Assembly: GCA_029717555.1 (NCBI GenBank)
Contig: JAMDHS010000002.1
Coordinates: 372,001-436,000 of the forward strand
Source: Peribolospora baueri
Taxonomy: Eukaryota
Direction: 5' to 3'
Length of the DNA: 64,000 nucleotides
In this document: positions 25,115 through 39,800 of the stretch, one piece after another
How positions within the stretch are numbered: position 1 is the stretch's first letter
How the letters are laid out: each line of letters opens with the position of its first letter
Position numbers and translations under genes: made by a program
The notes under the pieces: model-generated
Told to the model about the DNA's origin: nothing
The model's input: only the letters and a program-made list of their open reading frames with translations
The model's database searches: none

Positions 25115-25722
25115 GGGATGCGGCGCGGGTGCGGGGTCGATCACCACCCTCACCTAACGCGTCCCGTCCAGCTGGAGCCTGGTCCGCCGTTACCGTACAC
25201 GGGCCTATTCTCCCCGACGCGTCTACCCCACCCGTTTCGGGAATCTCACGTATCCGTACACTCTATCTCAAGGAGCTCGCGAACTTGTATATACTGAATT
25301 GAAGGGAGGCCAGGACCCTCGTAGATGTTTGAGTATGGATGTACATAGAGTACTTTAGGTCATGCGTTGGCAACATCCCAGCGATAATAAACAAGTCGCC
25401 AACCAGAACGGCTGCCCCTCTAGAGAAGCAGGTACTCGGGACGCGTACGAGTCCAGGAGCGGACAGGGCGCAGCACCAATTTGCACCTAACGGCATCACT
25501 TCCCTCCACGATATCGTTTGCACGGAGCGTAGAGAGCGTAGATGGAGTACGTCCTCACACCATAACCCTACTCTTTGGCAGGCCGCGCGTCCGAGCTTCG
25601 ATCACTGGTTGCGGGCGATCATCGTCTCGCCGCCTTCTCATCCTCATCCTGTTCACTTCCTTTTTATCCCCTCCATATCCAACTAGCAGGGGCATACAAC
25701 GACCGCACCATCTCCAGCGCAA

Positions 25723-27658
25723 ATGGACGCCATCCTAACCCGCTTCGCAGGTCCGCAAGCAGGCGGTCGCTTCGGCTCCGCTCTCCCCTCCTCCTTTCAC
25801 GCCAAAGGCTCCTCTCTCGCCCAGGACGACACTGATGACGTCCACGGCGTCCAGAACGATTTCGGAAATTGGCATGAATCCGGTGTTCCTAGGTTGCTAA
25901 ACGGGCCTCAGCCACCCGGGTTTCCTGTTGCCAACGTCAACGACGTGAGTCACGTTCGTCGATCCGGCCGGTCTTTTGCTTGCGTTCGCAATTGGTGTAT
26001 GGCTCTCGGTAGGACATGGCTGTCCTCCCGATCATTCACGTCCCGCTGACTGGCTCTCGCCCTTGCCCGCTTTACATTCAGCCCATTGCTTTCCTTCGTA
26101 GCCACACGGACGACCGCTCAGACCCGTCTGCGCGGATCAAGATCCAGCACGGCACCACGACGCTTGCCTTTCGTTTCCGCGGCGGTATCATCGTCGCTGT
26201 CGACTCCAGGGCTACTGCCGGTGAGCTTCTGTTTTGCTTTGAAAGCAGGTGTGATACTGGTAAATGTAACTCGAGGCGTTTGACATCTGTTGACCCGATC
26301 TCCTTGGCTCCACTTCGTTTCTCGCAAAGGCTCCTACATTGCTTCAGGGACGGTGAAGAAGGTCATTGAGATCAACCCCTATCTACTCGGAACGATGGCT
26401 GGTGGCGCTGGTGAGTACTTTGGTCTGCTAAGAGCCCGCCCTTCCTTTTTTTTTTCCCTTCCCAACGAGATCGATCCGGCGTTCTGCCCTGGCTAACTTC
26501 CACATGCCATGCTATCCGTCCTTTTCACCACTTTCGCAGCCGACTGCCAATATTGGGGTATGTGGATCTGATTCTAACCTGACGCTCCGAAGGCGTGGTA
26601 ATTTGACCCAATTTCCACTTATGTTTCTTTCCGCGGTCCGCCCATCCCGCAGAAACATACCTTGGCATCCAGTGTCGCCTGCACGAGTTGCGAAACAAGG
26701 AGCGCATTTCTGTTGCGGCGGCGAGCAAATACTTGAGCAATCTCGTGTATTCTTACAAGGGCATGGGTCTCAGCATGGTGTGTGATCTCCTCTCGGATGG
26801 GTGCCGCTTGCTTCCGGGCTTTCTGCCGCAAAAAGACCGCCGTGCAATATTAACATCTTTGGATGTTTCTTATTGTGCTGCCAGGGGACGATGATCTGTG
26901 GCTGGGACAAGACTGTGAGTATAAAGCCGCGACAGCATGCCGTTTTCGTTGAACTCGGCGGCCGACGATCATGCTCACGAGGACTACCATTTTGATTCTT
27001 GGATTTCCGTCGCGAGCAGGGACCGGCTCTCTTTTACGTTGACTCCGATGGTACCAGGCTCAAGGGCGACCTTTTCTCAGTCGGCTCGGGCTCTACCTTC
27101 GCCTACGGCGTCCTCGACCAGGGATACCGATGGGACCTCAGCGATGAGGAGGCGCAGGAGCTTGGCAGGCGAAGCATCTACGGCGCAACACACCGCGTGA
27201 GTTTCCTTCGGTGTCCTTCAGGGAAATGTCTCATTTGTCGGTAACCGTTTCCATGCCTGATCGACTGTTCCGTTCGATTGTCCATGTGCGCATGCAGGAC
27301 GCGTACTCAGGCAACTCGATCAACTTGTATCACGTCAAGGAGCAAGGATGGGAGTTCCTTGGCAACTACGACGCCGCGACCCTTCATTATGAGGGTCCTG
27401 GCGACGTGCCCGGCGCTCCAGGTGGAGGTTACGGGTAAGTTTTGGACTGAGCGGTATCTGTGAAGGAGGGACGCTAGTTTCAATCATGTGCTCCTAACAA
27501 ATGATCATCTCCTTCTTTATCGACCTTTGCTCTCCAGCTGGGAGCCCCGCGTGGGACACCTCTCGTCAAAGCTGGACGGACCGACGCGTGAGCCGGGCGC
27601 GCGCACCGACTCAGAGACGCAGCCAATGCAGGCGCAGATCGAGCCTCGACAGTCATGA
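25723..27658 (+). CDS. PRE2: 20S proteasome subunit beta-5 (chymotrypsin-like), multi-exon
   Basis: Propeptide followed by [89 protein letters not shown]. Confidence 0.97.
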
Positions 27659-27977
27659 TGGAAGAGAAGGGGCGTGATGTTCTGCCAGGAATGTAGATAC
27701 GTCTGTTCGCTTTGAAATTGAGCTTGCGGAGTGAAAGGCTGTTAGAGAGTCCTTCTGTCGGGCAATGCTTGCCTATGATTGAACGCCGACTCGGTGCACG
27801 TTCGATGGTCCATGCGCATAGTCGCCGCAGCAAGATTGTGCTCAACTGGTGTTGGAAGATGCGCCGCCGGTCATGACCTCGCCATTTTCGCCTCGCCCAG
27901 AACCCTCGACCTTCTCTTCTTTTCTCTCGCTCGCCCCCTCATACCGTCTCCGGTTCGATTCAGACGAGAAAGATACC

Positions 27978-29049
27978 ATGGCGGACGTGGAGCGGATTAA
28001 AAAGCTTCTCAGTAAGTGAGCCACGAGTCGGCGCACAAATCGTGGACGGGATCTTGCACAGGTAGGGAGGGCCGGTTGTAACTTATTCACGATCCCTTCT
28101 CCGTCTCCTCATTACCCCTCTTACCTGCCTCGTGATGACAAGCTTTCCACAAGGACTTTCCCAAGCCGGGAATTACCTTCTGTGACATGTTCCCCGTCCT
28201 CCGAGACCCCGTCGCCTTCGAAAGCCTCATCACCCACTTCGTCCACCACATCTTCTCCGTCACCCTCCCGGCTCTCGAAAAGGCTTCCACCCCTTCTTCT
28301 TCTTTGAGCCACTCCACTTCCAACCTCACCGGCAATGTGCAGACTCCGAAGGTGGACGTCATTGTCGGTTTGGACGCGCGCGGCTTCCTGCTGGGTCCTA
28401 TGATCGCTCAAAGGCTTGGGGCTGCCTTTGTGCCTGTGCGGAAGAGGGGCAAGCTGCCTGGCAAGTGCGTGCAGGCCAAGTATCTCAAGGAGTATGGTGA
28501 GGTGAGTCCGGCTGGATAGGCCATGGATCCGCGGTACAGCCGTGGAAGAAGACGATAGGCGTTCGTTGTTGCTCTCTGTGGGGATACCGGCACAGGCGTT
28601 CGTGTTATGCTTCTCCTTCTCGGATTTTCAATGACTCGGGCTGACATGCTTCGTAATGCGTCACCAGGACCTCTTTGAGATGCAAGAAGATGCCATCAAG
28701 CCTGGACAGACGGTTGTCGTTGTTGATGATCTGATCGCAACCGGTGAGCAGAAGTTGTCTCTGTCGTAGCGACAGAAAGACAGTCGTCCACCGGACGTTT
28801 CGGTACGAGGCCAGCATCAACGCTGAGATTTACCCTTTTCTATTTCCCCTCGCTTTCTGCTTCTTGTCCTCTCTCCATACATCTCATTCTCTTTCTCACC
28901 CAGGCGGTTCGGCCAAAGCGGCAGGCCAACTCGTCTCCCAGCTCGGTGGAAAGACGCTCGAGTACCTCTTCGTTATCAACCTGCCTTTCCTCAAGGGCAT
29001 GGACCAGCTTGACGCCCCGGCTTACTCCGTCGTCGATATCGATGATTGA
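27978..29049 (+). CDS. APT1: Adenine phosphoribosyltransferase, multi-exon
   Basis: [48 protein letters not shown]-binding [13 protein letters not shown]. Confidence 0.96.
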
Positions 29050-29407
29050 TTTGCCGTTTACAAAGGGCGCGTCGGAGGGTAAATACGCTGTCGAGTGATG
29101 GAGTAAGACGGAATTAGGGAGGGAGTGTTGCGGCTTGCTTCTATTTTTTGTCCGCTCGCCCCGTTCCAGGTCATCGATAGATTCGCAACGTAAATTCATA
29201 GAAAGGCCTCGAAAGCCCATTTCGACGGTTTGAAGAGGGAGCGGTGAGACACACCCCTCCCCGCGTGACCCTTCGTTTGGAACCTTTGTGGTCAAGGTTC
29301 GGGAAGTGTGTGCGCTTAGCACGCCTGCGGAATCTACTGGGTATCTATACGATACACCTTCGATGTGTGCATGGAAGAAATCTGCCATCACACGCTTGTC
29401 GTCTGCA

Positions 29408-32400
29408 TCAAATGCGAAGCTCCAGGACTGCCTTGGCCTCCCTAGCCGATAACCGCCAGGAGATGTTGTCGCTGCCCGTCTGGTAGAATTCTTCTCCGTC
29501 TTCCGACTGGAGTCAAAAAAAAAAAGGAAGAAAAAAGTCACGAAATGCCATAAAAGGGGCTGCCAGTGATCAATAGGCAAGATGACAAAGAACAGATACG
29601 GGAAACGAAGAGCGGACTAACACTGTCGAGGTTGAGCAAGATGCTCATCTGCTGCAGTCGAGTGAACTTTTCTCGTACGCTGCGCGTCGTTTGGGAGGAG
29701 AGGTAGGTCGCCACATTGCGGATGTCCTTGTCGAAGCGGATGGCACCCAGCTGCGAGGTCAATCGCCGCGAAGAGACGGCACGCAGGTTAGCGGACGTGC
29801 TTCCCTCCTGGATCTGAAGACGTAAAGGAACAAAGAAATGGGGTGCAAGGCCAGCCTCGGAACTTGACTCACTTCGTTGAACCGCATGCCCATCACCATC
29901 TTCTCCCACGGTCGGATGAGCATCTCGACGCCCATGTCGAACATCGTCTCGAAGTTGGCGGTTGTCATGGGGCCCTGTCAGGGTGCCAAAGGGAGACGTA
30001 AGCCGAGTCCAGCGATCCTTCATCCGTCATTTCATCACCAGCCCTAAGTCTCCCTACGACCCGGAGAGAATGGATCACTAAGAGGGGCGCGACACGACAT
30101 ACCTTGTAAGCCTCCAGAGCGGCCTCCCACCCCTTGATCAGTCGCCTCCTTAGGACGTCCTGGTACTCTGCTTGCTCGAACGCATCCTCGTCCAGGATAT
30201 AGCTCACATCCCTGTACGCTTCGGAGAGGACGGGACGTAGTCGTGGTCGGAGCAGCTGGTCGAAAAGGTGCTGAAGTTCGGCCTGATCGACGGGAAAGAA
30301 AATCGTGCCAAGAGCGGATCACGGCGGCGATCTCAGCGCTTGACACAGCCCGACCAAAGTGCCTAGCTCTTCGACTGACTCACCCTGCAGACCGATCGAA
30401 ACACACTGGCGAGTCCATCTAGACTCTGGATGGACTCGACCGCCTGAGGAATCTCAAAGTCGAGAAGTGAGCGTCCGATGATGTCGCTACCGAGAATCTC
30501 TTGCACGAGACGTTCCATGTAGTCGGCAGACGTGGAGAGGTCGTTGAGGTAGATCTGAATGCATACAAAAGAACATGTTAGTGATGCGAAGTGACAGCCT
30601 CGCGCGTCACAAGTAGGCGACATCGAGCGGTCGGGCCGCACGCCTCACAATATTCAGAGTTCTTGCCTCCTTCAATGCTGCGTCCTTTGCCCCACCGATG
30701 CCACCCCCACTCGCAGCGCCGGCTCCCTGATTGCTCACGCCCCTCCACGCGGCCTCCATCCTGCGCAGCAACACGCCCGCATAGTCATCCTCCATCGCCT
30801 TCGTCACCCTTCGGACCATCGTGAGCAGGGTTGGAAGAGATGAGGTGGAAACGATACGCGTAAGCACGGAGCGGAGGAGGTAGAAGACATCATCTAGGAC
30901 GGAAGAGGTGTAGGGCTGGGTCGCCGTGTCGGGCGTGTCAATCGAGTGGGCCTGACCAAGGAGTTTTCGGACGAATAGAGTCAGTTTGTGGCGATCAAGT
31001 CAGACTTGTTTCATAACCAAGGTAAACGAGGTCGAGATCCGAAAACTTAGCTCACCTTTTCGATGCTGATCCGCAAATACCAGACTTCCATCGGCTCATA
31101 CACATCCTGCAGCTCCTGAGCGAGCTCACGAGCGAACGCGGACTCCGTCAAGACTTTGAGCTCTTCCGACTCGCGCTGCTCCGCATCTCCACTTTCGTCC
31201 TTGCTGACATTCGCCCCAACCGGAGAAGGAGTGGCTAAGGGCTTGCCGCTTGGCGGCGGTTCGCTCTCCGTGGATCGCTGCACATCCGCTTCCTGTTCAG
31301 CGTCAGGTCGTGTGTCCTGCATGACCTGCTCCAGTCCCCGTCATGTCCCCATCATGAGGCGAAAGCGAAGAGTATCGTTTCGGTCAGAATAGCTACGTCT
31401 CGACCGTATCTCCGAAACGCCTGGCTCACAACTCACCGTCAACCTCGCCTCGAGAAACTTCCTATACGTCCCCCACCTTCCGCCCATACTCGCCAGCTCG
31501 CCCAACAGCTTATCCGCTTCTCGGGCATCCAGGCCGTCGCCATCCTCCCCTGGTGTTGAGAGGTTGACTGGTGTGCTCCGGCCCGAATTGGGGTTGGAGA
31601 CGCCTCCGCGGGGAAGGCGGTTACGAGGGAATGAAGGTTGGGAGACGGCGGAAGAAAGAGCGAACCGGTGTTTCTTTATGGCGGCGAGCTGCAAGGTTGC
31701 AACGGGGACAGTTCCCGTCAGTGTCTGTAAAACGATTCGCGCCGGTCGAGCAGAACTCTTTTGCCGCGAAGCAGACGCAGACACGCGCCCCTGGAGGGAA
31801 TGACATGGGTATGGAGAACGACAACTCACGGTTCTTTTCACCTCCCTCTCTTCCTCCCAAGCCTCCAAAACCCTATGGGCAATGCGGTCGCACTCCTCCT
31901 GCAAGCCTCCCATCACACCGTCTCGGAAGCCTCCCAATCCGTAGAATTTGTCCACCACCGGCTGGTGCTGATCGATGAGCAGGGCGAGCGACTCGAGCAG
32001 GACGGTCAAAAGAGAGGCATAGTGATGAGGCGAGGTGGCTGGTGAGTGTGAGCGCGGAGGTGACGAGGCGTGAATTAGAATGAGGTCGCCTAAGGCAAGT
32101 CAGATGATCCATCGACGCAACCGGGGTGAGGCTCACCTTTCTCTCTACCCAGAATGCCTCCGCTCACAGCTCTCCCACCCCTCTCTCTAACGCTACCCCT
32201 AGCCCATGTACAGTACTCCTCCAGGCCCTCCTTATGATATCCAATGAGAGGGAAGAAGCGGAAGAACCGGCTCGTAGAGGCCTCGTCCAACGCGGCGGAG
32301 GCGGTGCGAAACCGCCGGGTGAAAATGTCCAGCAGTTGGCTGCGGAGTTTGGAAAGAGTTTGTGAGGGGGAGAGGGGGAGGTCTGTGGTCGGCTAGGTGT

Positions 32401-33201
32401 GTGACGAGGAAGGGATGGGGGTCTATGTGAGCCTCCCAGAATTACCTGGGCGGAATGCAATGCGCACGATCGCGCTGGAGGAACCGAGACTTACGACAAC
32501 GCTTTCGGCAAACTTGCTTTCCAAGACGTCCTTGTCGATGCTCATCGCTCTGGAGCAATGCCGAGTCGCCGCTTCCCAACCCTGTTGTTCCATAGCTGCG
32601 TTGAGGGCGAGGAGGGACGACTGTATGCAAGGAGAGTGACCACGTCAGCGGCCGAGCTCAAAGAAGCATGTGAGGAAACTTATTCTGTATACACTCTCTC
32701 CGTCGCCTTCCTGGGAGGTCAAACAGCTTCGCCCGCCGTTTGGCTCACCTTGAGGTCTTGCACCTTTCCAAGCATGTCCAGGGCCTTCTTAACTCTGCTC
32801 TGCTCCTCGTCGAGCCTCCTCACTCGCTCACTAATCCTCTCTGCCACCTTGGCCGTGTCCTTCAACCTCCCGTCCAACCCCTTTGCCTCGTCCATCACCT
32901 CGTCCACGCTCGGTGCTAGAGCCGTGACTCGATCCAAGGAGCTGGAAACGACGGCGCCGGAACGGGAGAGAAGGTTATCGAGATGTAGGTCGAGATGGTT
33001 GGAGTGAGAGCTGAGAAGACGTTGGGCTCGATGCACCTCGGCGAGCGTGCGCAAACTCGCGGGGTCGGGGATCGCCGTCCCCGTATCCGCCAACGAAGGC
33101 AAAGAGGTCGTCTCGCCTGTCCCTGCTGACTCCATCTCCGCCTTGCCGTTCGCCTTTCGATCCGGAGAGCCGCTTAAGCCGCCGGCGTCTAGGCCGGGCA
33201 T
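29408..33201 (-). CDS. COG4: Conserved oligomeric Golgi complex subunit 4, multi-exon
   Basis: TAKVAERISERVRRLDEEQSRVK, SRFFRFFPLIG..EGLEEY, LLESLALLIDQHQPVVDKFYG, YEPMEVWYLRISIEKAH, IYLNDL, RFNELGAIRFDKDIR..VREKFTRLQQ..LLNLD. Confidence 0.92.
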
Positions 33202-33885
33202 ATTTGGAGCACTGGAGAGCGCTACGATGCGCTCAGTGTGGCGAGGAAGAGATGCGGAGTCAAACGGCCGCTCCGGGCATCGAGACGTTTTCTCGTCCTC
33301 CGCCTGGCTGTCTGGCCGCTTGCTCGCGGTTGCTTGGTTCTGACGACGTCCGGACGACGGTGATATCCTTCCCTCGCCTGCTCGTACGTCCCTTCTTCCA
33401 TGAGTGTTCCCCGGAGTCCTTGCCGCAGTCGCAACCGCACGTGGACGGACGAGAGCATACAAGTACTTGTATACCGTACTATTTACTCGCACTTGCCCGT
33501 ATACCGCGACTAGAGTGCGCTGGCGCCGCCCTCGCCTTCGCCCATGCCACACGCGGAATCGAACGAAGCCTGCGCGCGAACCGGACGTCGCATTCAGCCT
33601 CCATCCAATTTGGACGCACCATCGCCATCGCATCTCCTTTCCCTCTTCCCCGTCACCGCCCCTTCTTTACTCCTGGAGAGCGATACCGCCTTCTTCTTCC
33701 CTCCCCCTCTCCCCACCGCTGCACTCGCGGACGCTCCCTTCCCTCAGGGCTGAGCAGTGCTCGTCTTGGTCTTCTCGCTCCTTCCCCTTCCCTCCTGACT
33801 TGGCCCCCCCGGTTGGACCAGGAACCGTCTCCTTCCCGTTCTTGTTTACCATCTTGGGCCGGAAGGACCCCTGCGCTCGCTCAGG

Positions 33886-36800
33886 ATGGCGGATTTGCTC
33901 TCCCCCTTTGCATCTGCCGGCGTGAAGGCCTGGTTCCCCGACAAAGAACGAGGCTGGATCTCGGCAGAGCTCACCAAGAACACCTCGGGCACGAACGGAG
34001 CTGTCTCGCTCGAGTTTGTGGACGAAAATGGCAAGACGCACACCGTTAAAACCACTGTGGCCGAGGTCGAATCTTCCAAGGGCGAAGTCTTGCCGCCGCT
34101 TAGGAACCCGCCGCTGCTCGAGGCTACGGATGACTTGACCAACTTGAGCTACCTTAATGAGCCGGCTGGTGAGTTATCCGTCAGAGCAGGGGCGGAGCCG
34201 TGTCGGCCCCCTCCGAGAGGAGCAGTGGCTACTCACCTCGCCTTTTCTCTAGCCGAAGCGCATGAACGAACTCGGGAACGACACGTCGTTGACCTCGCCT
34301 TCGCGCCCTCGTTCGCTCGTCTTCTTTCACTCTCCCAGTTTTGCACACCATCCTCAACCGATACTCTCAGCGCCTCATCTACACCTACTCAGGCATCGTG
34401 CTCATCGCCGTCAACCCGTTTCAGGCCGTGACGCTGTACGAGCAGAACATCATCCAGGCCTACTCGGGCAAGCGCAAGGGCGAGCTCGAGCCCCATTTGT
34501 TCGCCATAGCCGAGGATGCTTATCGGTGCATGATCCGGGATCGAAGGGATCAGACGATTGTCGTCAGCGGTGAAAGGTGAGTGGTGCCTACAAACACGGA
34601 TACGCGCCTCTTCGCACCATACTCACGTATGTACTTGTTCCTCCATGTTTTGTCTTCTCTCCTCGCTCACAGCGGTGCCGGCAAAACTGTATCCGCCAAG
34701 TACATTATGCGTTATTTCGCCACTGTTGACGATCCTGAGCGTCCCGGAAAGCGACGACCTGGCGCAGCGGGCAAGGACGCGAGCGGGATGAGTGAGGTCG
34801 AGCAGCAGATTCTCGCCACCAACCCCATCATGGAGGCTTTCGGTAACGCCAAAACGACGAGGAACGACAACTCTTCTCGATTTGGAAAATACATCGAGGT
34901 GGGTCTTGCCTGACATGATCGGGTCGGCTCTAAATGAATCGGAGGTGGTGTGCCTGCTTTTCTTGACTGTCATCATCGATGCTCACATCTCCCCCTTTAC
35001 GCGTTCCCCCCGTGCTCGTAGATCTTGTTCGACAAGTCGCAGGAGATCGTGGGTGCGAAGATGCGGACGTGAGTAGCTAGCCCTTGCTCAGCTCTGTCCA
35101 CTCCCCATTGTCGTCAAGGACGCCGCGCTCAAGCTGGAGTGGGTCGTTTCGTCACGTGCGTTCGCAGATACCTGCTGGAGCGGTCTCGTCTCAACTACCA
35201 GCCCGAGACGGAGCGCAACTACCATATCTTCTATCAGCTCTGCGCCGGCGCCCCCTCTTCGGAGCGCAAAAGCCTCGGGCTGCGCCCCGCATCCGAGTTC
35301 AACTACCTTAACCAGGGTGGCGAGAGCAGCTTGACGATCAATGGCGTCGACGATGTGGAAGAGTTTAAGACGACTCAGAAGGCCCTCAGCACTGTCGGCA
35401 TCACGATCGAGAGGCAATGGTGGGCGAAAAACGCGCGACTTATCTCGCACACAGAGCTGTACTAAGCCCACGCGTATCTGACATTTTTCCGAAACCGCTT
35501 CTAGGCACATTTTCCGCCTCCTAGCCGCCCTACTCCACCTTGGCAACGTAAAGGTCACCCAAACGCGCAACGACGCCTTTGTCGCCGAAGATGACGCTGC
35601 TCTCCTCCTCGCCACCAACCTCCTCGGTATCGATGCAGCCGAGTTCCGCAGGTGGCTCGTCAAAAAGCAGATTCAGATGCGCTCGGAGAAGATCGTTAGC
35701 AGCTTGACGGGCGCACAAGCGGCTGTCGTCAGGGATTCGGGTGAGTGGAGGGCGGGCGATGTAATGCCGCCACGGGAACGCGGGCGTGGATACAACGCTG
35801 ACTGCCGCGGCGTCCGGTCGCGCAACTTCACGCGTTCGGCTTGAATTTGTTAGTCGCAAAGTACATCTACTCCTCGCTTTTCGACTTCCTCGTCGCCACC
35901 GTCAACGAGAGCTTGGTGGCTGGTCCCGACATCGACGTGGAGAGCTTTATCGGCGTGCTCGGTGAGTTTCGGCTCTTCGCGTCTGTGTCTGTTATTATGA
36001 GAAGAAACAAAGGAGGGAGCAAACGGGATGTCTCTTAGTGCGGGGACGAAGGCTTAGTTCCAGCCGTTCCTGGTTACTCATTCACTCGCCACGTTTCGAA
36101 TTTTCGACAACACTTACGCAGACATTTACGGATTCGAGCATTTCAAGAAGTAAACCCCTGCGTCTTCCTTTCGTAGAATAAGTTGTTGCGAGAAAGGCGT
36201 ATTGACCCAGATTGTCTCTCCCTTTGGTCGGCCTCTTTGCAGGAACTCGTTCGAGCAGTTCTGCATCAACTTTGCCAACGGTGAGCTGACCAGCGTAGCG
36301 CACTGTGTGACGTATTGAAGCTTTTATACGGAGCGCACCTGAACGTGACTATTCCCTTCTCCATCTCCGTTGTGGGTCTCTTTGTTTTGTCTCATGCGCT
36401 CCTCGCCGCCACGCAGAAAAGTTGCAGCAAGAGTTCAACAGCCACGTCTTCAAGCTCGAGCAGGCCGAGTACATGCGCGAGGAGATCAACTGGACTTTCA
36501 TTGACTTTGTGAGATCTCTTTGGCTTGCTCTTCTCGATTGGCTGTGTTTGCGACATCCTTTTTACGGAGAATAAATCGAGTATCGTTTGTGTTCGAACTG
36601 ACGGATCGCCTGACAAATTTTCTCTGTGCAGTCGGACAATCAACCATGCATTGATCTCATCGAAGGAAAGCTCGGCATCTTGTCACTTCTTGACGAAGAG
36701 TCACGTCTCCCATCGGGAGCAGACTCGACCTTCTTGCAGAAACTCTACACCCAGTTCGACAAGAGGCCAGAGTACAAGAAAGTTTTCAAGAAGCCTCGAT

Positions 36801-39800
36801 TCGGCACCACCGCGTTCACCGTCGCCCACTATGCGCTGGACGTTACCTACGAGACGGAGGGCTTTATCGAGAAGAACAGGGACACTGTTCCGGACGAGCA
36901 TCTCGCTCTGCTCAACAACACGACCAATTCTTTCCTCAAGGAGGTCTTGGACCGCGCCGTCGCGGTCGGCAACGCGAGCAAGCATGACTCTATCGCAGCT
37001 TCGCTTCCCAGTGAAGATGGCGGGCCCACCACGGTTAGCAAGCGCGCGAGCATGCTCATGGACGGCGGTAACAAGCCCGGCCTGCGCAAGGCGGGTGGCG
37101 TGATGAAGAAGCCGACGCTGGGTAGTATCTTCAAAGGGAGCTTGATCAGCCTCATGGATACGATCGACTCGACCAACGTGCATTACATCCGTTGCATCAA
37201 GCCCAACGAGAGCAAGAAGGCGTGGGAATTCGAACCCCAGCAAGTACTTGGCCAGCTTCGCGCTTGCGGTGTTCTGGAAACTATCAGGATCAGCTGTGCC
37301 GGTTACCCGAGCCGATGGACGTTTGCAGAGTTCGCGGAACGGTACTACATGCTCGTGAACTCGTCCAACTGGGGCATGGCGGACATCAAGGACCTCTCGA
37401 CGTTCATCCTTAGACAGACGATTAAGGACGAGGACAAGTACCAGGTCGGCCTCACCAAGATCTTCTTCCGCGCGGGCATGCTCGCTTTCCTCGAAGCAAA
37501 GCGCTCCGACCGACTGAATTACCTGGTGACCATCATCCAGAAGAACCTGCGCCGGTATATCGAGCAGAAGCACTACAATACCATGCGCTCCGCTGCCATC
37601 GTCATCCAGGCCTGGTGGAGGGGCATTCTCGCGCGCAGGTTCGCCGAGAGTGTGCGGAAGGAGACCTTCGCCACCAAGCTTCAAGTGGCCGCAAGGGGTT
37701 ACCTCCAGATGCGCAACTTCAGAAGCGCGAGGCAGGCTATCGTCAGGATCCAGAGCAGTGAGTAAACCCTTTGATGCCGATTATCGCTCTCTTCGCCTCT
37801 CCCTGCAAGGTAGATGACAAGTCGGTTCTGACCATGCTTTTCTATCTCTCTCAGTCGCTCGCGGGTGGTCGGTGCGCTCCAAGTTCGGCCAGCAAAAGAC
37901 GCACCTCGCCGCCACGCGCTTGCAATCGCTCATCCGAGGTTGCCTCGTCCGCCGGAGGGTCCACCACGACAAGAAGAAAATCATCTACCTGCAGTCCTGC
38001 TATCGCCGTCGTCTCGCCAAGCGCGAGCTCGCCGCTCTCCGTACGGAAGCCCGGTCCGTCTCGCACTACCAGGACGTATCATACAAGCTCGAGAACAAGG
38101 TTGTGGAGCTCACGCAAAACCTTCAGAAGCGGACGAAGGAGAACAAGGAGCTTGGCGCCAAGATCCGCTCCCTGGAGCAGCAGCTAAACATCTGGCAGGC
38201 CAAGCACGAGGAGCTCGATTCCAAGGCCAAAGGTCTCCAAGCCGAAATCGCGAAGCCCACGGTGCCGCTCAGCGAGTTCGAAGAGCTGGAGCGCGCCAAA
38301 GAGGAGCTGGATCGCCGATACAAGGAGTCGTCTAGGCGCATCACAGAACAGGATAATCGCATTTCCCAGCTCATGGCGGACATGGAGAAGCAGTCGCAGG
38401 AGATGGAAGCCAAGGCAAAGGCCATCACAGGTCAGCAGGAAGTGTCGGCTTCGGACGCAGAGACGATTACCAACCTCCGTGCCGAGGTGGCCTCCATCCG
38501 AGAGCAACTCAACCGAGCCAACGCGCTCAACGCCCTGCAGAAGAACTCGAACCGGGCGGACAACGCTCAGCCGCCGGTATTCAACATGGCCACCGGTCAG
38601 AACGGTTTCACCACTTCGAAGCGCCGTCCTCGGCGTCACAGCGACGCCACGGCGATCGAGAACGGTCCCGCCGAGCGAGACTCCACCGACGAAATGCTCA
38701 TGGCCGTCAAGCGCAGCGCCGCGAACGCCAACCGCCACGTCTCTGTCGCCTTCGGTCCCGACGGCGGACAAGCTGGCTTCCGCTCGCCTGGCGGCCGGCC
38801 GTACAAGAACGAATACGATGACCCGTCCGAGGAGATCATCAAGATCTTGGAGGCAGAGGAGATGTTGGATGAGGACGTCCTCTTCGGCCTTATCCGTAAC
38901 CTGCGCATTCCCGCTCCGAGCCTCACCAACCCGCCGAGTCCAAAGGAGGTCCTTTTCCCGGCCCACCTCATCAGCTTGGTCACGAACGAGATGTGGAAAT
39001 ACGGCTTGGTCAGGGAGAGCGAGCGCTTCTTGGCTAACGTCATGCAGACTATCCAGCAACATGTCATGGTGAGCGAGATGGACGTCGATGGGCTCCTTGG
39101 ATTATCTATACTGTCGATGCCTAATATGCGTTTTATTCTACCCGCCTCACCCTCATCCAGAGCTTCCAAGGCGACGACGCGATCGTGCCCGGCATCTTCT
39201 GGCTCTCGAACGTGCACGAGGTTTTGTCGTTCGTGTGCATCGCTGAGAGCGACATGCTTCAAGGCATCGGCCCGGGTGTCGACGGCGCCGCGCGGTCCTT
39301 CGAGTGGGGCGACTACGAGCGCCTGGTGACGATCGTCAAGCACGACTTGGACAGCCTCGAATACAATATCTACCACACCTGGATGCAGGAGGCGAAGAAG
39401 CGGCTGCACAAGATGGTCATTCCGGCCCTCGTTGAGAGCCAATCGCTTCCCGGCTTCGTGACGAGTGACTCGGGCGGAAGGCTCTTCAACCGCCTCTTGT
39501 CTGGCGCGTCTACACCAGCCTACACCATGGACGACATCCTCGGCATCCTCAACAGGGTGTGGAAGAGCTTGAAGAGCTACTATGTCGAGCAGTCCGTCGT
39601 ACAGCAGGTCGTCACCGAATTGCTCAAGCTCATTGGCGTCACCAGCTTTAACGATTTGCTCATGCGCCGCAACTTCTGCTCATGGAAACGAGGTGAGTCG
39701 TCAACTGTTTGCGAAGCCGAGGAGGAACAGTGACTGACTGAGGAAGTGGGCTTCCTTCGCCCGTCGGACTCAATCAATAGCGATGCAAATCCAGTACAAC

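Noticed and set aside
36701..39442. Long antisense ORFs (327, 292 and 268 aa) opposite myosin V, and similar ones opposite PGK, GCIP and Cti6
   Set aside because: Expected shadows of GC3-biased coding exons; no independent domain signal.
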